Shown: one piece after another, positions 59,785 through 64,000 of the stretch | Layout of the letters: every line of letters starts with the position of its first letter | Numbering within the stretch: the stretch's first letter is position 1 | NCBI GenBank assembly: GCA_965217895.1 | Contig: CBDCJV010000002.1 | Span: forward strand, 2,656,001 to 2,720,000 | Origin: Waterburya sp. | Lineage (GTDB): Bacteria > Cyanobacteriota > Cyanobacteriia > Cyanobacteriales > Xenococcaceae | Reading direction: 5' to 3' | DNA: 64,000 bases | Program-made: the position numbers and the translations under genes | The notes under the pieces: generated by a model | The model's input: the letters and a program-made list of their open reading frames with translations, nothing else | What the model was told of the DNA's origin: nothing | Database searches by the model: none

Positions 59785-60252
59785 TCAGGATAATTTACTT
59801 TTGACTAACGCCTGAATTTTTTTACCATCTGCCTTTCCCTTCAGCTTCTGCATGGCAGGACCCATTACTTTGCCCAAATCTTTGAGTGATGTCGCTCCAG
59901 AATCAGTAACGATTTCATCGATAATAGCTTCTAATTCACTATCGCTAACTTGTTCGGGCAGATAGGTTTCAATGATAGCCAATTCTTGACTTTCTTTGGC
60001 TGCTAAGTCGTCTCTTCCTGCATCTGTAAACTGCTCAATAGAATCACGGCGTTGTTTTGCCTGCTGAGAAAGCAATTCTATTTCTTGTTCTGGTGTAAGA
60101 CTATCTTGACCCTTGGGGCGGACTTCTACTTCTTTATCTAAGATTGCTTTTTTGATCCCGCGTACAGTCTGTAAGCGAATCTTGTCTTTGGCTTTCATTG
60201 CCGTTTTGATGTCTTCTCCAATTTTATCTTTTAGACTCATTTTTTTATCCAT
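59785..60252 (-). CDS. GatB/YqeY domain protein
   Basis: DIKTAMKAKDK, KQRRDSIEQF, YLPEQ, DLGKVMG, KADGK. Confidence 0.92.
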   Translation of the reverse strand: MDKKMSLKDKIGEDIKTAMKAKDKIRLQTVRGIKKAILDKEVEVRPKGQDSLTPEQEIELLSQQAKQRRDSIEQFTDAGRDDLAAKESQELAIIETYLPEQVSDSELEAIIDEIVTDSGATSLKDLGKVMGPAMQKLKGKADGKKIQALVKSKLS

Positions 60253-60499
60253 TACATCTGAGTCATTTATTATAAGATACTTTTATCGTAATACAAAAGA
60301 AATTATCTAATTTTTAAATTATCTTTTCTCAGAAAGTCTAAAAAAAAATAGAATTATTCCACTTTCTTAGTTAATTTTGGTATTTGTGCAAATTAGCGAT
60401 CGCTAATCTTCTAAATTAGTAATTAATAACTCCTATCATGCCCAATATAGGGCTTTGATAATTTAATGTATGAAACGAAACTGCTAATGATATTGTTCG

Positions 60500-60598
60500 C
60501 AGTGAAGCATTTTCGTTGCGGGGCTTTCCCCGTTGAGACAAAGGACTTGACTTGTCCGCATGTAGTGCTGAACCCGAAGAACTATTAGCTGTTAGCTT
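60500..60598. repeat. cluster of short dispersed repeats
   Basis: GTTGCGGGGCTTTCCCCGTTGAG (cf. 27516 and 27647) and GACTTGTCCGCATGTAG (reverse complement of 43794-43810 with 1 mismatch). Confidence 0.6.
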
Positions 60599-60666
60599 CA
60601 ACCGTTAGTAATCCTAAAGATGTAATGATGAACGAAATACCGAATTTAAAATAGTAGGTGGTAAAG

Positions 60667-61449
60667 ATGACATTAGCTACATACGGAAGTTTATGTACGG
60701 AGGTATATGAGATTACCAAACCAGTAGGTAAGGACTATCCTGATGTTTCCTATTTTATTCAACATCTTTCTCAGCTAGACGGGCGAATTCTGGAGGCAAT
60801 GGTTGGCACAGGACGCTTACTGATTCCTCTACTAGAAGCTGGGTTAAACGTTGAAGGAATTGATGTATCACCCGATATGCTAGCTGCCTGTAAACAAAAT
60901 TGTGCAACAAGAGGCTTAAATCCTGTACTTTACGAAGGTTCAATCGAAAACTTGAACATTTCAGGTAAGTTTAGTGCAATTATCATCACTTTAGGCTCTT
61001 TCATGTTGTTAGGAAAACGCTCTGCTGCGATCTCCGCATTACAAGCATTTGCAAAACATCTAGAACCCAATGGAAGAATTTTTATAGATTTAGGATTACC
61101 TGTAGATTTAATTACAACTGAGAACATTGTTAAACAACGAGAACCCGTCAAGTGTTTTGATGGTTCAGTGATTCTAATGCAAACATCATCTCGTATCGAT
61201 TGGATAGAGCAAGTAGAGCATACTCTGATTCGCTATGAAAAATGGCAAGATGGAAAACTAATTGATACAGAACTACAACATCTTCCGTTACATTGGTTTG
61301 GGCTAGAAGAATTTGTCATGTGTTTACGAGAGAATGGATACACTGACATTAGTGTTTGTGCTAATCATACAGATGAATTAAAACCAAGTTCTTGTCATGA
61401 CCAACTCTGTTTTTCAGCAACTCTTGCCTCAAAAGTATTTGAGAATTAG
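60667..61449 (+). CDS. class I SAM-dependent methyltransferase
   Basis: ILEAMVGTGRL, GIDVSPDML, HLEPNGRIFID. Confidence 0.85.
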   Translation: MTLATYGSLCTEVYEITKPVGKDYPDVSYFIQHLSQLDGRILEAMVGTGRLLIPLLEAGLNVEGIDVSPDMLAACKQNCATRGLNPVLYEGSIENLNISGKFSAIIITLGSFMLLGKRSAAISALQAFAKHLEPNGRIFIDLGLPVDLITTENIVKQREPVKCFDGSVILMQTSSRIDWIEQVEHTLIRYEKWQDGKLIDTELQHLPLHWFGLEEFVMCLRENGYTDISVCANHTDELKPSSCHDQLCFSATLASKVFEN

Positions 61450-61700
61450 CTAATTTTTGAAAAATTGCTGATTTTAATCAGCAATTAAACTATCATTTTT
61501 TTGATGTTAGTGTAGATTTTTGTTTGGGTGATTATAGCAATTAAACTAGTACTAGAAGACATTAAAGAAGCGCGATCGCCGAAATAAGTCCCTGCAATAA
61601 CCTTCTATCCTTATATCTTTAGGACTACCTAAGCGTCTTTAATTTTTTAAGAAATCATACCTTGGTTCACCAACGCCTATTAAATGAACCAAATTGAGCC

Positions 61701-61734
61701 AAAAAAGCCTGACTAATCATTTAGTCAGGCAAAA
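61701..61734. terminator. terminator downstream of NDH-2 gene
   Basis: AAAAAA-GCCTGACTAA-tcat-TTAGTCAGGC. Confidence 0.75.
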
Positions 61735-61793
61735 CGAGTGTGAAGTTAAATCGAATAAGCTATTAGTATCGCGATCCAGTAAAAATTAAGCTC

Positions 61794-63161
61794 TTAAACT
61801 GATATTGTCTCTTTAGATTGAGAGGTAGCTCTCTCTTGCTTCTTGGGAGGTTCAATTTCTAACTGTAGAGAAGGTTTTTCGGTGATTAAGCGCGCTCCTC
61901 TGCCTAAAGTGATATAGTTCCAAGCCCATTGGATCATCACAATTAGTTTATTATCAAACTCAATGAGATAATAAATGTGAGCAAAGATCCAAATAATCCA
62001 GGCGACAAAACCAGAGAATCTGGCAAAGTTAAGGTCTACCACAGCTTTATTTTGCCCAATTACTGCCATGCTGCCAAAGTCTTGATAGTTGAATTGTCCA
62101 ACGGTTTTACCGACATTGCGCTTAGTAATTAAATTTGCCACGTATTCCCCCTGCTTCATAGCTACTGGGGCAACTCCAGGTAAAGGGCGATCGCCTTGAT
62201 GCGCAAAGTTGGCTAAATCGCCAATAACAAAGATATTGCCATAGTCTTTTAAACTCAAGTCAGGTTCAACTATAACTCTGCCCACACGATCTAATTCTGC
62301 CCCAGCGCGCTCGGCTAATACTCCTCCCATAAAGGAAGCTCTAACTCCCGCTGCCCAAAGAATAGTGTGAGCTTGAATAGTTTTTATTTCTTCACCCTGA
62401 CGGAAGGTGACGGAATTATCGGCAATATTAGTTACCAAGGTTTTAGTTTGCACATTTACCCTAAGCTCTTCTAGAGCCTTTTGTGCTTCAGAGGAACACT
62501 CTACGGGGTAGGGAGGTAAAATTCTGTCCATACCTTCAAATAACAATACCTGGGCTTGGGTAGGATCGATGTTGCGGAAATCGTTTTTGACTGACTGATG
62601 GGCAATTTCGGCGATCGCACCAGCTAATTCGACTCCCGTAGGACCACCACCCACCACGACAAAAGTAAGCAAAGCTTTTCGTCTTTGAGGGTTTGGTTCT
62701 TTTTCGGCCGCTTCAAATGCCATAAAGATACGACGACGCATTTCCAAAGCATCCTCCACGGTTTTTAAGCCAGGGGCATCATTTTGCCACTGATCGTTAC
62801 CAAAATAGTGATGACTTACTCCCGTTGCTACAATCAGCGCGTCATAGTCTAACTCTTCTCTCTCTTCTAAAAATACTTTCTTCGCTTCTGGATCGATGTC
62901 TATTACTTTATCTAGCAGTACCTGCGTATTTTTGTGCTTACTCAAAATTACCCGCAAAGGCGAAGCGATATCTGCGGGAGACAATGTACCTGTAGCTACT
63001 TGATATAGAAGTGGTTGAAATAAATGAAAATTACGCTTGTCAATTAAAGTTACTTTGACAGGAGCATCCTTAAGAGTTTTGGCTGCATAAAGCCCGCCAA
63101 AACCTCCGCCAACAATAACTACATGGGGTATTGATGTTTGCCTAGTTTGAGTATTGTTCAT
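61794..63161 (-). CDS. type II NADH dehydrogenase (NAD(P)/FAD oxidoreductase)
   Basis: VVIVGGGFGG, FQPLLYQVATG, VGGGPTGVELAG, WAAGV, FVIGD. Confidence 0.92.
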   Translation of the reverse strand: MNNTQTRQTSIPHVVIVGGGFGGLYAAKTLKDAPVKVTLIDKRNFHLFQPLLYQVATGTLSPADIASPLRVILSKHKNTQVLLDKVIDIDPEAKKVFLEEREELDYDALIVATGVSHHYFGNDQWQNDAPGLKTVEDALEMRRRIFMAFEAAEKEPNPQRRKALLTFVVVGGGPTGVELAGAIAEIAHQSVKNDFRNIDPTQAQVLLFEGMDRILPPYPVECSSEAQKALEELRVNVQTKTLVTNIADNSVTFRQGEEIKTIQAHTILWAAGVRASFMGGVLAERAGAELDRVGRVIVEPDLSLKDYGNIFVIGDLANFAHQGDRPLPGVAPVAMKQGEYVANLITKRNVGKTVGQFNYQDFGSMAVIGQNKAVVDLNFARFSGFVAWIIWIFAHIYYLIEFDNKLIVMIQWAWNYITLGRGARLITEKPSLQLEIEPPKKQERATSQSKETISV

Positions 63162-63653
63162 AGCAAAGACTTTGAGTATAGGAGATATATCTTTATCTAA
63201 TAAATTTTGAATGTTGAGAGTATCGAGAAACGTAAAATCAATTTGTCAGCAATTATATACTAATATTAACTTTTATGAACCAAAGCTAACATAATCTTGG
63301 GCAAAATTGAAAATTTATTTATTTTTATTGTCTGGATTAAATATTATTTTGCTGAGAGACTATAAACGCCCCTAAGATATGGAGTTCGATACATTCATTA
63401 ATAGCCTTTATTTCTTAAACATGATGTAACAATCAAAACAAAAGTTAGATAGATATTCCAAATATGTACTATCAGAACGAGTAATCACTTCAAATCATGA
63501 CGAAACAAATATAGTTTATTATTTTGGGTTGGGCTTTTACTTGTTGTCACTCAAAAAACCTACTGCTATAAATTAGATTTACTGGCGATCGCTTTAGCTA
63601 TCAAAAATTAAAAGCGATCGCCATCAATACAGTCCAAACTTCAGAATAAAGGC

Positions 63654-64000
63654 TTAAATAGATTTTTGAGCATTCTGATGATAGTAGCCAGATTCAATTT
63701 CGTCTAATAAACTTGCTCCTGTAGGATTCCAAGAGAGCATTTTTTGGGCTTTAGCTGCCGTAACCCGACTATTAGAACCAAAGGCAAAGTGAGCCATTTC
63801 TGCACCCCATTCGGCGATCGCATCATCGAGAGATATCTGTTCTGTTTTTTTCTCTAAACCCAACATTCGACTAATCGCTTCGGCGACTGTCTTCATTGAT
63901 GCCTCACCGTTTTCTACATAGAAAAACGAACCAGCAGGAGCATTTTCGATTGCCAGCAAATATAACTGCGCTACATCATCAATATGAACGTGCGACCAAA
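63654..64000 (-). CDS. 3' part of NAD-dependent epimerase/dehydratase family protein
   Basis: WSHVHIDDVAQLY, FGSNSRV, LSWNP; truncated by window end. Confidence 0.75.
   Translation of the reverse strand, partial: WSHVHIDDVAQLYLLAIENAPAGSFFYVENGEASMKTVAEAISRMLGLEKKTEQISLDDAIAEWGAEMAHFAFGSNSRVTAAKAQKMLSWNPTGASLLDEIESGYYHQNAQKSI

Noticed and set aside
60416..60601. 61-aa ORF
   Set aside because: Lies over a repeat cluster; likely spurious.
1..64000. CRISPR array, rRNA or tRNA genes
   Set aside because: No regularly spaced direct repeats or rRNA seen; the only tRNA-like sequence belongs to tmRNA.

Overview
Cyanobacterial chromosomal DNA, inferred from abundant HIP1 (GCGATCGC), a cyanobacterial tmRNA tag and a Pleurocapsales-like repeat landscape. 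Mostly housekeeping genes (gpmI-secG, nusB, ssrA, hemB-proS, sat, rne-rnhB, pheA, tamB-like, tRNA nucleotidyltransferase, NDH-2), with a stress/accessory block at about 1-16.6 kb (dead ISKra4-like IS, two broken DUF389 copies, tandem DUF3611, hsp20, mscS, two paralogous acidic exported proteins). The most notable structure is at 43.2-46.1 kb: an apparently intact group II intron sits antisense inside a roughly 21-nt hairpin repeat, which sits inside a split HIP1 site (GCG|ATCGC), which sits inside a GNAT gene. Other highlights are a 16-bp palindrome (TCT-N2-CT-N2-AG-N2-AGA) found 21-23 nt upstream of a -10-like box at four loci, a K-box plus CIRCE-like operator on hsp20, nested short repeats and MITE families, a pseudokinase, a pseudo-orthocaspase and a monofunctional heme catalase. 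Family assignments come from motif recognition by eye; no database searches were run.
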